From assembly GCA_038046765.1 (NCBI GenBank), contig JBBSVN010000004.1, forward strand, positions 32,001 to 96,000: a stretch of 64,000 nucleotides of DNA, read 5' to 3'. A program made the translations under genes and the position numbers. The notes below the pieces were generated by a model that searched no databases, was not told the origin of the DNA, and was given only the letters and a program-made list of their open reading frames with translations. Each line of letters begins with the position of its first letter. The first letter of the stretch is position 1. Positions 1-10,332 of this stretch are shown here, piece by piece. Source of the DNA: Candidatus Micrarchaeota archaeon (lineage in GTDB: Archaea; Micrarchaeota; Micrarchaeia; Anstonellales; Bilamarchaeaceae).

Positions 1-519
1 AGAAGCAGGCATATGAATGCGCGAACTAGTTTGATTGGCTCGATCTACAAGACGACGAACAAAACCGTGATTAAGTCTAGTTCTAAGTTCTACAGAAACA
101 CCAGTTACAGGAGGGGTTTCTCTTAAATTATAATAATAAGCTGGAGGTAAAGTTGGGAATGTGGAATCATTTATTATTTTTACACTTAGGTGAAGCGCAG
201 TTCTTATTACAAGCCTTACATAAGAATCATGATCTAAAGAGCTTAGAAATGCCGTTCTAGGCAGTGTTACAAATTTAGGAAGTTCTGAAACTAGAACGCT
301 GGATTTAATTAATTCATCATGAGCGTGACTAAGTACTACAAAATCTTCTCTTGAATTTCTTCCTCTACCTTTATTAACATCCGATTTTAAAACAGGATTA
401 ACATATGTATAAGAAAGTCTATCAAAGCCCCTTACACATGCTCGCTCGAATTTTGCAAGAGATTCTCCTCTTATCAACCCTAAATCATTTCTTCTTAAAA
501 TTTTTGTAGTAGTTACCAT
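1..519 (-). CDS. hypothetical protein, partial (runs off the window start)
   Basis: Manual translation from ATG 519 (MVTTTKILRRNDLG...) is open to position 1; no recognisable motif. Confidence 0.6.
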   Translation of the reverse strand, partial: MVTTTKILRRNDLGLIRGESLAKFERACVRGFDRLSYTYVNPVLKSDVNKGRGRNSREDFVVLSHAHDELIKSSVLVSELPKFVTLPRTAFLSSLDHDSYVRLVIRTALHLSVKIINDSTFPTLPPAYYYNLRETPPVTGVSVELRTRLNHGFVRRLVDRANQTSSRIHMPAS

Positions 520-758
520 AAAATCACAATCAGATATTAAATAGAACTATTTATAAATGTCAATTTTTTACAGATTTTATAACTTATGATACAAGAAAGG
601 CGAACATATAAACATTATGCAGCTCAACATAATATTTTATTCAGACGTAAAATTATAATAAAAAAGATTATGCGGGCAAGCATTATGTTCTACAACATAA
701 TCTTTGTAAGTGCCTTAAGCGCATACTTTTAATACTTTGCATACATTTAATACTTTAG

Positions 759-1013
759 GTGAATAAAATGGCAAATGTTACTCTAAGAAATTTTGATGAT
801 AGATTATATAAGGAATTAAAAAAAGAAGCAGTACTAGATGAGATTACAATTGTTGAAGCGCTTAAACAAGCCGTAGAGTTTTGGCTAACTAACCATAAGC
901 ATCAGAAAAAGAAAAAAAGTATTTTAGATTACAAACCAATGGATTTTGGCCCTGGAAGCGAAAAAAGTAGCATAGAAATTGACGAAGTACTTTATGGTAG
1001 AGATGAAATCTGA
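759..1013 (+). CDS. VapB-type antitoxin (ribbon-helix-helix-like)
   Basis: Small protein MANVTLRNFDDRLYKELK...IDEVLYG; stop overlaps the start of the PIN gene. Confidence 0.75.
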   Translation: MNKMANVTLRNFDDRLYKELKKEAVLDEITIVEALKQAVEFWLTNHKHQKKKKSILDYKPMDFGPGSEKSSIEIDEVLYGRDEI

Positions 1014-1426
1014 TGGCAATTTTGATTGATACTGGAGTATGGATAGGTTATTCTAATCAGAGAGATCAGTATTATCAAACCGCATTAAATATAATGAAGG
1101 ATATTAATTCGGGTAAATATGGATCTATTTTTTCAACCGATTACATTATTGCTGAAGCAGTAAACTATTCTTTAGTAAAATATTCTACAGAAAAAAGTTT
1201 ACATATCGGAGAAACCATGATTAATACTACTGAACTAATCCATTCAAATCAGGATATTTTCGACAGATCATGGTTACTTTACAAGCAAGATAAGCAAGGT
1301 AACCCAGAAAAACCGCTTAGTTTTACGGATAGTACGATAATTGTAACCGCTAAAATGCTCGGGATAAGGTATATTGCTAGTTTTGATGCGAGGTTTAAGA
1401 AATATGTAGAAGTTGTAGATTACTGA
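1013..1426 (+). CDS. vapC: VapC PIN-domain toxin
   Basis: ILIDTGVW, E in IIAEA, LSFTD and ASFD: the PIN acidic residues. Confidence 0.9.
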   Translation: MAILIDTGVWIGYSNQRDQYYQTALNIMKDINSGKYGSIFSTDYIIAEAVNYSLVKYSTEKSLHIGETMINTTELIHSNQDIFDRSWLLYKQDKQGNPEKPLSFTDSTIIVTAKMLGIRYIASFDARFKKYVEVVDY

Positions 1427-1430
1427 TTTT

Positions 1431-2267
1431 ATGTCCTCCACCAACATCAAACAAATTCTTTCTAAAAAAATTCCAAAATCCAAGTTAGAACTAGTTGGGC
1501 GAAGTTTTGATATTGTTGGGAGTATCGCGATTGTAGATGTAAAACCAGAACTTAAAAAATATCAGAAAGATATAGCTCGTGCAATAATGCAAATGCATAA
1601 AACAGTAACAACAGTTTTAGCAAAAGCAAGTGCGGTAAATGAAAAGTTTCGAACTCGCAAGCTACGCTTTATTTTAGGGGAGAGGACTAAGGAAACGATT
1701 TACAAAGAAAATAATTGCATTATGAAAGTCGATGTTGAAAAAGTTTACTTCTCGCCTCGTTTTGTAAATGAACGAAAAAGCCTTGCAGAATTAGTAAAAC
1801 CAAATGAAAACGTGCTAGTTTACTTTGCAGGAGTTGGTCCTTACGCGTTAGTTATTGCCAAAAAAGAAAAAACTGCAAAGGTTGTTGGAATTGAACTAAA
1901 CCCCATTGGTGTAAAATATTTTGAAGAGAACATTAGGCTAAACAAGCTTACAAATGTTATTGCAATTAAAGGAGATGTAAAACGGCAAGCTAAAAAATAT
2001 GCAAACTGGGCTGATCGAATTATCATGCCACACCCAAGCGCTAGCGAAAAGTTTTTAGACAGCGCTTTTATTGCTGCAAAGAACGAATGCGTTGTTCATT
2101 TCTATACTTTCATAAAGGATGAGGACTACTCGCAAATAGAAAAGAAAATCGAATCATCTGCAAAGAAGAACAACTGCAAAGCAGAAATAATTAATCGAAT
2201 CGTAGCAAGGCCTTATGCCAAAGATACTTTTCAGGCATGCGTGGAGTTTCAGATTAGCAAAAAATAA
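1431..2267 (+). CDS. tRNA methyltransferase, Trm5/Taw2 (Met-10+) family
   Basis: FDIVGSIAI, KVYFSPR, FAGVGPY SAM motif, ELNP, DRIIMP. Confidence 0.85.
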   Translation: MSSTNIKQILSKKIPKSKLELVGRSFDIVGSIAIVDVKPELKKYQKDIARAIMQMHKTVTTVLAKASAVNEKFRTRKLRFILGERTKETIYKENNCIMKVDVEKVYFSPRFVNERKSLAELVKPNENVLVYFAGVGPYALVIAKKEKTAKVVGIELNPIGVKYFEENIRLNKLTNVIAIKGDVKRQAKKYANWADRIIMPHPSASEKFLDSAFIAAKNECVVHFYTFIKDEDYSQIEKKIESSAKKNNCKAEIINRIVARPYAKDTFQACVEFQISKK

Positions 2268-2332
2268 TCAGCACTAATCTTTAAAAATTGTTATAGACAA
2301 TGTAATACTATTTATATATAAAAAATTAATTA

Positions 2333-3061
2333 GTGATAACCATGCGTGCATTTACAAGAAGAGAATTAAGCCCGTCAGCAAAATCATTTCTAATTCCATT
2401 ACATAGCAGAGGAATGGCTTGTTATAGCGAGCAAACTAGCGGATGGTACTTTAAAGGCCTTGAAATATTCCGAAGAATAAAAGAAACCGCAGATAACGCA
2501 CCACATAGCGCACAAGATAGAGCAAATTTAAGAGGAATTAAAACGAACCTCGCAGACATCCTTGGAGAAAGAGAACTTGAAACAACAGGATTAGTTGGTA
2601 TTCGGGCATGTAAAGTAGGGGATATCAAGCGAGTAAAATTCGATCTGGTTACTCGCAGGGAAAAGTTAGTACTAACCGTAGATCACGCACCCAGATTAGG
2701 TATAGACGCTTATGTAGGAAGTTTCGAAAAAGAGGAACCAGATTATACTAGCCCAAATAAAATAGAAAGAAAAGAAGAAGATAATCGATCAAGAACCAGA
2801 TCGTCAACAACAAAAACAGACGCAAATAAACCGCCAGCAGTAAAAACAATAATCGCAGTAATGCCAGAACGAGCGGAAAATCCAAAGCTGGATTTGGATA
2901 AGGCACTTGGAATTAGAAAATCGAATACACAGCTAATCGCAGCGATCCTTGTATTAGTTGGAATTGCAGGAGCAGCAATTGCAGATGTAGTTTTAAACAA
3001 AAATAACAAAAAAACAAGCAACTCTTCGCTAGTACAACCTAAGCAAGAACCCCAAAGATAA
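2333..3061 (+). CDS. hypothetical protein with C-terminal transmembrane helix
   Basis: 242-aa ORF; hydrophobic LIAAILVLVGIAGAAIA; GTGAT-N4-ATG start at 2342. Confidence 0.6.
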   Translation: MITMRAFTRRELSPSAKSFLIPLHSRGMACYSEQTSGWYFKGLEIFRRIKETADNAPHSAQDRANLRGIKTNLADILGERELETTGLVGIRACKVGDIKRVKFDLVTRREKLVLTVDHAPRLGIDAYVGSFEKEEPDYTSPNKIERKEEDNRSRTRSSTTKTDANKPPAVKTIIAVMPERAENPKLDLDKALGIRKSNTQLIAAILVLVGIAGAAIADVVLNKNNKKTSNSSLVQPKQEPQR

Positions 3062-3916
3062 AAACAAGAACATTCCAAGAACGATAGGCGGAAGCGCAGG
3101 ATAAACATTTTTCTCTTTATATAAAATGAAAATAAACGCGCTAAAAGAAATGATTGCTCCGATAAAAACCATAGCGCTAGCGATTGGACTAAATGACAAT
3201 AAACTAACTTCCAATAGAACGGGCGCAAGTAAATCCCCACCACCTAAGTCAACTCTTTTTTCTTCAGATTTACCGTACTCAGTTTTACTTGGAACATTTA
3301 CGCGTGAAGTAACTGTAAACGCCAAATCTTGTTTCACCATAAATGTAGCAAGTTCAACCATATGCTTCGTAATAAAAACAGCAAAAAAATCGTATACAGA
3401 GAGAAGTAAGAGGAATATTACGGCTGGCTGCACACCGAGTGAAACTCCAAAAACTACGCCAACGCCCGCAGTTGAAAGAATTGTTGCAGTATTTTTAAGT
3501 TGACCATAAAAGAATTTTAGACCGCCTAGTACAAGCCCTGCAATTATCGCTAATCCCATGCTTTGGTCAAAACCAAAATAGAAAAGTAAACGAAAGACTG
3601 CATAAAAAATAATCGAGGAAGAAGTTGAGATAAGGAAAACTTCTAGAAACTTAAAAATAATCGGATTTTTAACAAATTTTATAAAGCTAAGAAGCACCAG
3701 AGTACCAAACAGCATGTAGATAAAAAAGAAAATCGCGTTTGCAGTATCTTCTGAAGACACACTCACAGAAAAGGCTTCTTTTACATATGGATTAGTATTA
3801 ATGTCATTTACAATAACTACCCCTGTAACTAACCCAAGTAATTGAACTAAAATAAAAAATCCGAGTAATTTTAACAAGAGCTTTGCTGAATAATTCATAT
3901 ATTTCTTTAGTGTCAA
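3029..3916 (-). CDS. presenilin/GxGD-family intramembrane aspartyl protease
   Basis: Multi-TM protein with YD, LGGGD and PALP motifs. Confidence 0.9.
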   Translation of the reverse strand: MTLKKYMNYSAKLLLKLLGFFILVQLLGLVTGVVIVNDINTNPYVKEAFSVSVSSEDTANAIFFFIYMLFGTLVLLSFIKFVKNPIIFKFLEVFLISTSSSIIFYAVFRLLFYFGFDQSMGLAIIAGLVLGGLKFFYGQLKNTATILSTAGVGVVFGVSLGVQPAVIFLLLLSVYDFFAVFITKHMVELATFMVKQDLAFTVTSRVNVPSKTEYGKSEEKRVDLGGGDLLAPVLLEVSLLSFSPIASAMVFIGAIISFSAFIFILYKEKNVYPALPPIVLGMFLFLSLGFLLRLY

Positions 3917-3943
3917 GATTTTTTAATATATCATGTTTATTAG

Positions 3944-5653
3944 ATGGATATGGCTGAGTTTGATGAACTTCTAATAACAACAGGAGTAGATGCACTAGTA
4001 AGACTAGTTAAGGAAAAGGAAAAAATAGAACTTGCAATTGCAGCAAAAACATTAGGTATACCTCAAAGTACGATTGAGGACTGGGCACATATACTTGAAG
4101 AAGAAGGGATAATATCCATAGATTATAGTTTAACAAAAATTTACTTAAGCTGGGTTGTACCCAAAGAAGACGAGATATTGGAAAGAGAAGGAAAAATAAG
4201 CGAAAGTAAAAAAGACATAAGTGAGGACATAACCAATCTTAGAAACAGGATGCGACCAGAACTTGAAAATTTTGAAGACTTTAAAAAGACATTTGAAGTA
4301 TTTTACCAAAAGATTTCTCCGAGATTAAAAGACATTGAATCAACACCAGTAAAAGCACCCAAAGAAGCTCAAGATGAATTAAACAAACAACTAGAAGAAA
4401 TAACGAAAAAAATAGCCGAAACCGAACAAGAAATAGAAACGGCAACAGAAGAATTTTCTGCTTTCAAGTCCAAAATTTTTAGTGAAAAAAAATCAGAGTT
4501 ACCTGATTCAGAACTGATAAAGAAAAAACTAGAGGAATTTTACGAGAAACTAGAACAGATGCAAAAAAAAGTTGAAAAATCCTCAAAATCAGTACCATTG
4601 GAAATGCCAAAATCGGCAGATATGAAAAGAGCTCTTGAAAACTTAAGGAAAGAATTTAGCGAGATTAAAAGAGCGTGCGGACTAGTCCGGGACGATATGC
4701 TTAGCCTAAAGGAGACTGGAGATGTAATAGGCGAGATGGGAAAGGAAATTAAAATCCACGAGCAAGAGATCACCGGAATGGGAAAGGAATTGAAGGATTT
4801 GATGGATGCAGCAGAACAGGTAAGCCAGAGAAGTGAGGCATTATTTGAAAAGTTAAAGAAGAATGAGGATATTGTTTCAAGATTTAATGACAGTTTAGAT
4901 ATTGCAAAGGGAGTATTCACAAGATTCCCAACACAGGAAAAACTAGAAAACGAGATAGAGAAGATTAATGAAAAAGAAGCTAAGGCAGAAGAAAAACTAG
5001 ATGCATTTGAAAAGATTTCATTAAGTTTGCCAAAAGATTTAAGTGCCGAATTTGGTTCGCTTAAAGAAGATATTGACGCAGAAATTGAAAAGTTAAAAAC
5101 TGAAGGAGAAACGCTGGCAAAGAGCATATCCGACCAGGGAGTACTGTATAATACATTCCAAAGAATAAGAGAAAAAAGTGCAGTTTCATTGCAGGCATAT
5201 AGTACGAGATTTAGCAGCTTAACGAATGATTTAATCGTTCTAAAAAAGCAGGCAACTGAAATCGGTAAAACTATTGATAGTTCACTCGATGCGTATTCCA
5301 AGAAACTTAAAGATAAGGACCTTAAGGAAACTGTTAGCGCACTTGAAGGAATAAAAGATAAAAAACAGACTTTAGATCAAATTAACCAAATGATAATAGA
5401 ACTATCAGATAGTGCTGAGGACGTAAGAAAGAAACTGGATCTTCTTAGTAAGGAATCTAAATTTTTAGATATGCGTGCAGAAGGAATAAGTACGACATCA
5501 GGCACGGCCCCAACAAAAGCAACAGTAACTAAAGAAAAGGAAGCCGAGATAGCTAAACAAGTGAAACTAACAAAAGACGAAGAAGATGAGTTTAGGAAGA
5601 AAAGAGAGGAGCTAAGAGACTTGATAAAGAAACTCTGGGAAGAGGGCAGCTAA
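3944..5653 (+). CDS. long coiled-coil protein with N-terminal HTH-like segment
   Basis: 569 aa, E/K-rich heptads; N-terminal ITTGVDALV...TIEDWAHILEEEG. Confidence 0.7.
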   Translation: MDMAEFDELLITTGVDALVRLVKEKEKIELAIAAKTLGIPQSTIEDWAHILEEEGIISIDYSLTKIYLSWVVPKEDEILEREGKISESKKDISEDITNLRNRMRPELENFEDFKKTFEVFYQKISPRLKDIESTPVKAPKEAQDELNKQLEEITKKIAETEQEIETATEEFSAFKSKIFSEKKSELPDSELIKKKLEEFYEKLEQMQKKVEKSSKSVPLEMPKSADMKRALENLRKEFSEIKRACGLVRDDMLSLKETGDVIGEMGKEIKIHEQEITGMGKELKDLMDAAEQVSQRSEALFEKLKKNEDIVSRFNDSLDIAKGVFTRFPTQEKLENEIEKINEKEAKAEEKLDAFEKISLSLPKDLSAEFGSLKEDIDAEIEKLKTEGETLAKSISDQGVLYNTFQRIREKSAVSLQAYSTRFSSLTNDLIVLKKQATEIGKTIDSSLDAYSKKLKDKDLKETVSALEGIKDKKQTLDQINQMIIELSDSAEDVRKKLDLLSKESKFLDMRAEGISTTSGTAPTKATVTKEKEAEIAKQVKLTKDEEDEFRKKREELRDLIKKLWEEGS

Positions 5654-5671
5654 TAAAAGGGCGAAAAATAA

Positions 5672-6031
5672 ATGGAAGAAGTCGATGAATTACTAGATAA
5701 GCTAAAAGAGTGCCCTGCGGAACAATTAGAACTTGTAGTATATGCAGCAGTTATAGAAAAACTAAAAATAACTGCAGAAAAAATATTTGACAGTTACTCT
5801 ACAGAAGAAGAGAATCCACTTGAAGTAAAATTTTTAACTAGAGACGCACTAATTAACGAACTAGAAACAGAGTATGGACTTGTAATAAGAAATCTACAGC
5901 AGGATATTGCAAAATTAATAAGAGAAGCAAAACAGGAAAAATTTTCTAAAAGTTTTACAGAAAAAGTATTTAAGAGCATAGAAAGAGAAACTTGGAATTA
6001 CATATATTCTAAATTTATCAAGGTTAAGTAA
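5672..6031 (+). CDS. hypothetical protein
   Basis: 119-aa ORF co-oriented with neighbours. Confidence 0.6.
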   Translation: MEEVDELLDKLKECPAEQLELVVYAAVIEKLKITAEKIFDSYSTEEENPLEVKFLTRDALINELETEYGLVIRNLQQDIAKLIREAKQEKFSKSFTEKVFKSIERETWNYIYSKFIKVK

Positions 6032-6067
6032 GAGAATTATTCTTTATTATAAGTTTAAAGTGAAAAT

Positions 6068-7213
6068 ATGCTTAATTTAAACACTAAAAATCTGGCAAAT
6101 AAACTAAGAGATCCTTTTGCAAAACTCATAATAATTTATGTATTTTGGATGCTCGCTTGGATTTTAGCAGGTTCACTTTTTGAAGTTTATTTTCTTAGCT
6201 TAGGAATGAGTATCCATGAAATCATCTCAACAAGCATTTTCTGGTTTTGTGCGTCTTTGATACTTATTCCAATAATAAAGAGAATTGAATCCAAAAAATT
6301 CATGCTGTTTGGAATTTTTATTGCAATTGTGGCAATAGCACTCTTAATATTAGTTAAGGATAAAGAGATTGCATTTGTTTATCGTTTTCTTTTAAGTTTA
6401 ACTCAGGTATTTTTCTGGGTTCCATTTAACATTATTTTTTATGAGTTTAGAAAAAATAATAATGCGACTTTAGGAGCGATGTATTATTCCACAGGATCGA
6501 TACTGATGTTATTATTGCCAGGGCTTGGGGGCTACCTGGCACAAAATTTCGGATATCAATCACTTTATCTATCTGCACTCTTTTGTGCGGTTTTGACATT
6601 TGTCCTTGCATTTTTATTTTTAGAAAACAAAATTTATACGTATGATGCAATAGCAAGTCTAAAATCGATCAAAGGGTTAAAAACTCTGCTTTTTTTGGAA
6701 GGATTTGGAGCAGCAGTAATATTGTCAGTTATTTTAGAGGCATTACTTCTAAAATATCTTAATCAACCATTGGAAGTTGGTACATTTATTTCGATAGGTA
6801 CGGCAGTATCAATAATTGCGAGCTTTTTAATTGCAAAAGTTTCAGATTTAAGAAAAAGAAGAAGAGAATTTCTTATTGCATCTGCATTTGCACTTGGAAT
6901 TTCGAGCATTTATACCGGTTTAACCAGCGATTTAACTGGATTTTTTATTGGTTTTACGCTAATTAGCATTTTCAAAACAGTTTTCTTCCCACTCCCGCTT
7001 GCTTTAACAGTAGACAATTCTAAAAATTTAGTTCAGTCAATGCTTGGTCGCGAATTTATGCTAAATGTCGGAAGAATAAGCGGAACTATTTTTGTTTATG
7101 TAATGTTATTTGTTTATGACTTAAACTTTGTCCTTATAATGGTTAGCATCAGCATGTTTGCTTTTTACCCCGTTGTCTTTGAAATGAAGAAAAAGGAATT
7201 GAAAAGAATTTAA
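6068..7213 (+). CDS. MFS transporter
   Basis: About 12 hydrophobic segments; AKVSDLRKRRR loop motif. Confidence 0.8.
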   Translation: MLNLNTKNLANKLRDPFAKLIIIYVFWMLAWILAGSLFEVYFLSLGMSIHEIISTSIFWFCASLILIPIIKRIESKKFMLFGIFIAIVAIALLILVKDKEIAFVYRFLLSLTQVFFWVPFNIIFYEFRKNNNATLGAMYYSTGSILMLLLPGLGGYLAQNFGYQSLYLSALFCAVLTFVLAFLFLENKIYTYDAIASLKSIKGLKTLLFLEGFGAAVILSVILEALLLKYLNQPLEVGTFISIGTAVSIIASFLIAKVSDLRKRRREFLIASAFALGISSIYTGLTSDLTGFFIGFTLISIFKTVFFPLPLALTVDNSKNLVQSMLGREFMLNVGRISGTIFVYVMLFVYDLNFVLIMVSISMFAFYPVVFEMKKKELKRI

Positions 7214-7244
7214 TATATTTAAACTTATTCTGCATTATAAAGTT

Positions 7245-8468
7245 ATGAAAAAAGTAATTGGCAATTTATTCCTGGTTTTGTTTGTAGTGTTTTTTTTATT
7301 TGGATGTTCTGGAAATACACAACTACAAGATAAAGTTGTGAAAGACGAAATTGCTAAAACAACCCAAAGTGAATTAAATCAAACAAATCAATCGGATCAG
7401 ACCCAGATTATAAATTCTAAAGAAAACTCAGTTAATGTGCAAACGAATAATACAAATGAAAATACGGTTTCAAATTCTAATTCGCAAACGCTTCCGCTTT
7501 TATCACTAGGTGATGGTAAATATTCTACATCTCTTAAAGCAGGGTATGTTTATACCTGTAACGCTAATTTTAATGGAGGAGGTGCGTTTAAAGCAGGAGA
7601 ATGGATTAATGGAAGCTTTTGGAATGCATCTAAAAAAGTAACTGTTGATGGAAGTGTAAGCTGGCCAAAGAATTACATTAGTATCGAACTATCCGGCGAC
7701 ACAAGAACAATAAAAACAAACGGCTTACCAAGTCACAAAACCGGAAACTACCCAATTGCAACTAACGATGACGCATATAATTATGACCGAAATCCAAACT
7801 CGATTAAAGAGCAAAGTTTTACGCTTAGTGTTCCTAAAGATCCAATAGTAGTTAACGCACCTTATTGTACCAGTTTGGGAATAATCGCAATTTCTACAAC
7901 AGGAGTTCCGATATTTAACGGTTTTGACGCTGGAGGAAGGGATGCAGTAGCAAATGAAATTCAAGATGTTTGTGATGGCCACCCAGATATAAGTGGGACA
8001 TATCATTATCACTCTGGAAGTAGCTGTATACTAGATTCTTCAAAAGGCGAAACTCATTCTGATTTAGTTGCGTATGCGATTGATGGGTTTGGCTTGTATG
8101 GTAAGTATGGTGAAAATGGCAAACTTTTATTTACAAAAGACCTTGATGAATGTCATGGACACACACATATAATTTTATGGGATGGTAAAACTAAAGAAAT
8201 GTATCACTACCACAGTAGCCCAGATTTCCCATATACGATTTCTTGTTTTAGAGGTACAAAAAGTACAGTTAGCGGAGAAACAGTTGTTTCTGGGTCAACA
8301 AATTCTGCGAGTAATGGTCAAACTCCACAGGCACCTTCTGCGCCTAAAGAAGCAATAGATGCTTGCGTTTACAAAAAAGAAGGTAATTCGTGTAGCTTTA
8401 ATGGAGCACGCGGAATGGTTTCTGGTACGTGTAAAACAACTTCAGATGGATTTGCATGTGTGCCTTAA
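7245..8468 (+). CDS. YHYH-domain secreted/lipoprotein
   Basis: Signal peptide ending LFGC; two D-x-C-x-GH...YHYH motifs; DGFGLYG. Confidence 0.85.
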   Translation: MKKVIGNLFLVLFVVFFLFGCSGNTQLQDKVVKDEIAKTTQSELNQTNQSDQTQIINSKENSVNVQTNNTNENTVSNSNSQTLPLLSLGDGKYSTSLKAGYVYTCNANFNGGGAFKAGEWINGSFWNASKKVTVDGSVSWPKNYISIELSGDTRTIKTNGLPSHKTGNYPIATNDDAYNYDRNPNSIKEQSFTLSVPKDPIVVNAPYCTSLGIIAISTTGVPIFNGFDAGGRDAVANEIQDVCDGHPDISGTYHYHSGSSCILDSSKGETHSDLVAYAIDGFGLYGKYGENGKLLFTKDLDECHGHTHIILWDGKTKEMYHYHSSPDFPYTISCFRGTKSTVSGETVVSGSTNSASNGQTPQAPSAPKEAIDACVYKKEGNSCSFNGARGMVSGTCKTTSDGFACVP

Positions 8469-9511
8469 ATCTTCATTTTTTCTATCGCTTCGTTAAGTAA
8501 ATCTTCGTTTTGGTTAACACAAATCCTTATGAATTTTTTATAATTCCCAAACCCACCCCCTGGCGATACGGCAACTCCTTTTTCTAAACAGGAAAGCGCA
8601 AACTCCCCGGAATCAGTTATGTCCGCTCTGGTTGCGAATACATATATTCCAGATTGTGGTTTTGCAAATTTAAACCCATTTTTTGTCAGAGCTTTTTCTG
8701 CAACTTCGAGCCTTGCTTTCCATAGATTTCGATTTTGTCTAATTATTTCTTCTTCGTTTTCTAAACAGGATAATCCAGCCATTTGGACAAATGGTGCAAC
8801 GCAGGTTGTCGTGATCTGATTAAATTTCACAATTTTCTTAACAATATCTTTTGGCGCGATTGCATAACCTAGCCTCCAACCTTCCATATTAAACTCTTTA
8901 GAAAATGAACGAACTCTTATCGCACCCTCATATCTTGAAATTTTTGTAAAAGACAATTCCTTATATGCTTCATCAAGTATTACATGATTTCCTTTTTTAT
9001 TTGCGTTTTCAATAACGTTTTTTATTGATTGATCAGTATAAACTGTACTTGTGGGATTAAGCGGATTGCAAATAACGGTTATTTTTGAATCAGGCATCTT
9101 GTGCGAATCAAACTGCCAATTACCCTCAAGCCCAGTTTCGATACCATGGAATTTCAAACCAAGCTGTTCGCAAGCTAACTGATAAGCAGGCCAGTATGGG
9201 CCAGGTGTAGTTACGCTTTCGTCTTTTTTTGCCAAAATATTTAATAATGCAAATATCAAATGTTTTGAACCAGGACCGACTACAACTTCATCAATATCGC
9301 AATTTTCCCGCTCGGCAATTTTTTGTCGGAATTCATTTATTCCAGCTCCTGAAACGTAACCGGATTTCGTTTCTTTAATTGATTTAATTGCTGCATCAAT
9401 TGCGGGTTTTGGTGTCGGCAAATTAGTGTCTCCGATGTTTAGTTTTATTATCTTCCTGCCAATTCTCTCAAGCTCAAAAACTTTTTCAGCTAATTCGTAG
9501 AAAGTTACCAT
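8465..9511 (-). CDS. PLP-dependent class I/II (aromatic/aspartate) aminotransferase
   Basis: NPLNPT, DEAY, SFSKEFNMEGWRLG; last gene of the aro/phe/tyr operon. Confidence 0.9.
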   Translation of the reverse strand: MVTFYELAEKVFELERIGRKIIKLNIGDTNLPTPKPAIDAAIKSIKETKSGYVSGAGINEFRQKIAERENCDIDEVVVGPGSKHLIFALLNILAKKDESVTTPGPYWPAYQLACEQLGLKFHGIETGLEGNWQFDSHKMPDSKITVICNPLNPTSTVYTDQSIKNVIENANKKGNHVILDEAYKELSFTKISRYEGAIRVRSFSKEFNMEGWRLGYAIAPKDIVKKIVKFNQITTTCVAPFVQMAGLSCLENEEEIIRQNRNLWKARLEVAEKALTKNGFKFAKPQSGIYVFATRADITDSGEFALSCLEKGVAVSPGGGFGNYKKFIRICVNQNEDLLNEAIEKMKI

Positions 9512-9516
9512 AGAAT

Positions 9517-10332
9517 TTACCCAATATTTTTCCTTAATTTATCAAAAAATCTTTTAGCTTCTTCATAATCTTTTGCTTTGATTACGTGTTTTAAAAACTC
9601 CAACCGATTGGTTATCTTTTCAAGTTGAGCTAGCGAATAGCTATTAAAAAGGATTTCGGCTAGTAAGTGATCATCTTCTGATAAAAGCCCCTTTGCAATT
9701 GTTTTATGTCTTTTAAATGTCGTACCAGGAACTGCAGTTTTATCCATGCATGAAGCAAAAACTAACGATGAAGCAAACGGAGTAGTTAGTGAATAAGCCA
9801 TCATCTGATCATGCTCTGCAAATGTATACTCAAATATTTTTACCCCCAACCTAGTAAAGAGATTTCTAAAAAATTCTTTAGTTTCTGGATCGCTTTCTTT
9901 TATTAGTACAGCATTTTCCTCTTTTAATGAATCCATCGTAGCAAAAGTTGGTCCGAACATCGGATGGACGGAACAGAACTTAAAACCAGATTTATTATAG
10001 AATTCTTCCAACCCGCGCTTAACCGAAGCAACATCGCCAATTACACAAGATTTTGGTAAATATCTGACTACTTCTTCAAATGCCTTAATTGTATTTTGCA
10101 AACTTACTGCATTTATTAGTAAATCAGGTGCAAATGATGAAATTTCTTCGATCGTATGCAAAGCGTTTGTATTAGTTTCTTTGGCAACTAATTCCGCTCT
10201 TTTTGAGTCATTATCATATACAGCGATATTAGTCCCATTTTCTTTAGCTAGTTCTTTAGCAAGAAAAGAACCCATCTTCCCGCAACCGATTATTGCGACT
10301 TTAGTTATCATTATATCGCCTCTTTGTAACAT
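9517..10332 (-). CDS. tyrA: prephenate dehydrogenase
   Basis: GCGKMG Rossmann motif, DVASVK, HPMFGP, EHDQMMA. Confidence 0.9.
   Translation of the reverse strand: MLQRGDIMITKVAIIGCGKMGSFLAKELAKENGTNIAVYDNDSKRAELVAKETNTNALHTIEEISSFAPDLLINAVSLQNTIKAFEEVVRYLPKSCVIGDVASVKRGLEEFYNKSGFKFCSVHPMFGPTFATMDSLKEENAVLIKESDPETKEFFRNLFTRLGVKIFEYTFAEHDQMMAYSLTTPFASSLVFASCMDKTAVPGTTFKRHKTIAKGLLSEDDHLLAEILFNSYSLAQLEKITNRLEFLKHVIKAKDYEEAKRFFDKLRKNIG

Noticed and set aside
4540..5301. Long antisense ORFs (also 2743-3243, 24253-24693, 41962-42444, 43906-44385, 55602-56270, 62308-62730)
   Set aside because: Shadow ORFs opposite well-supported genes, S/F/L/I-rich with no motifs
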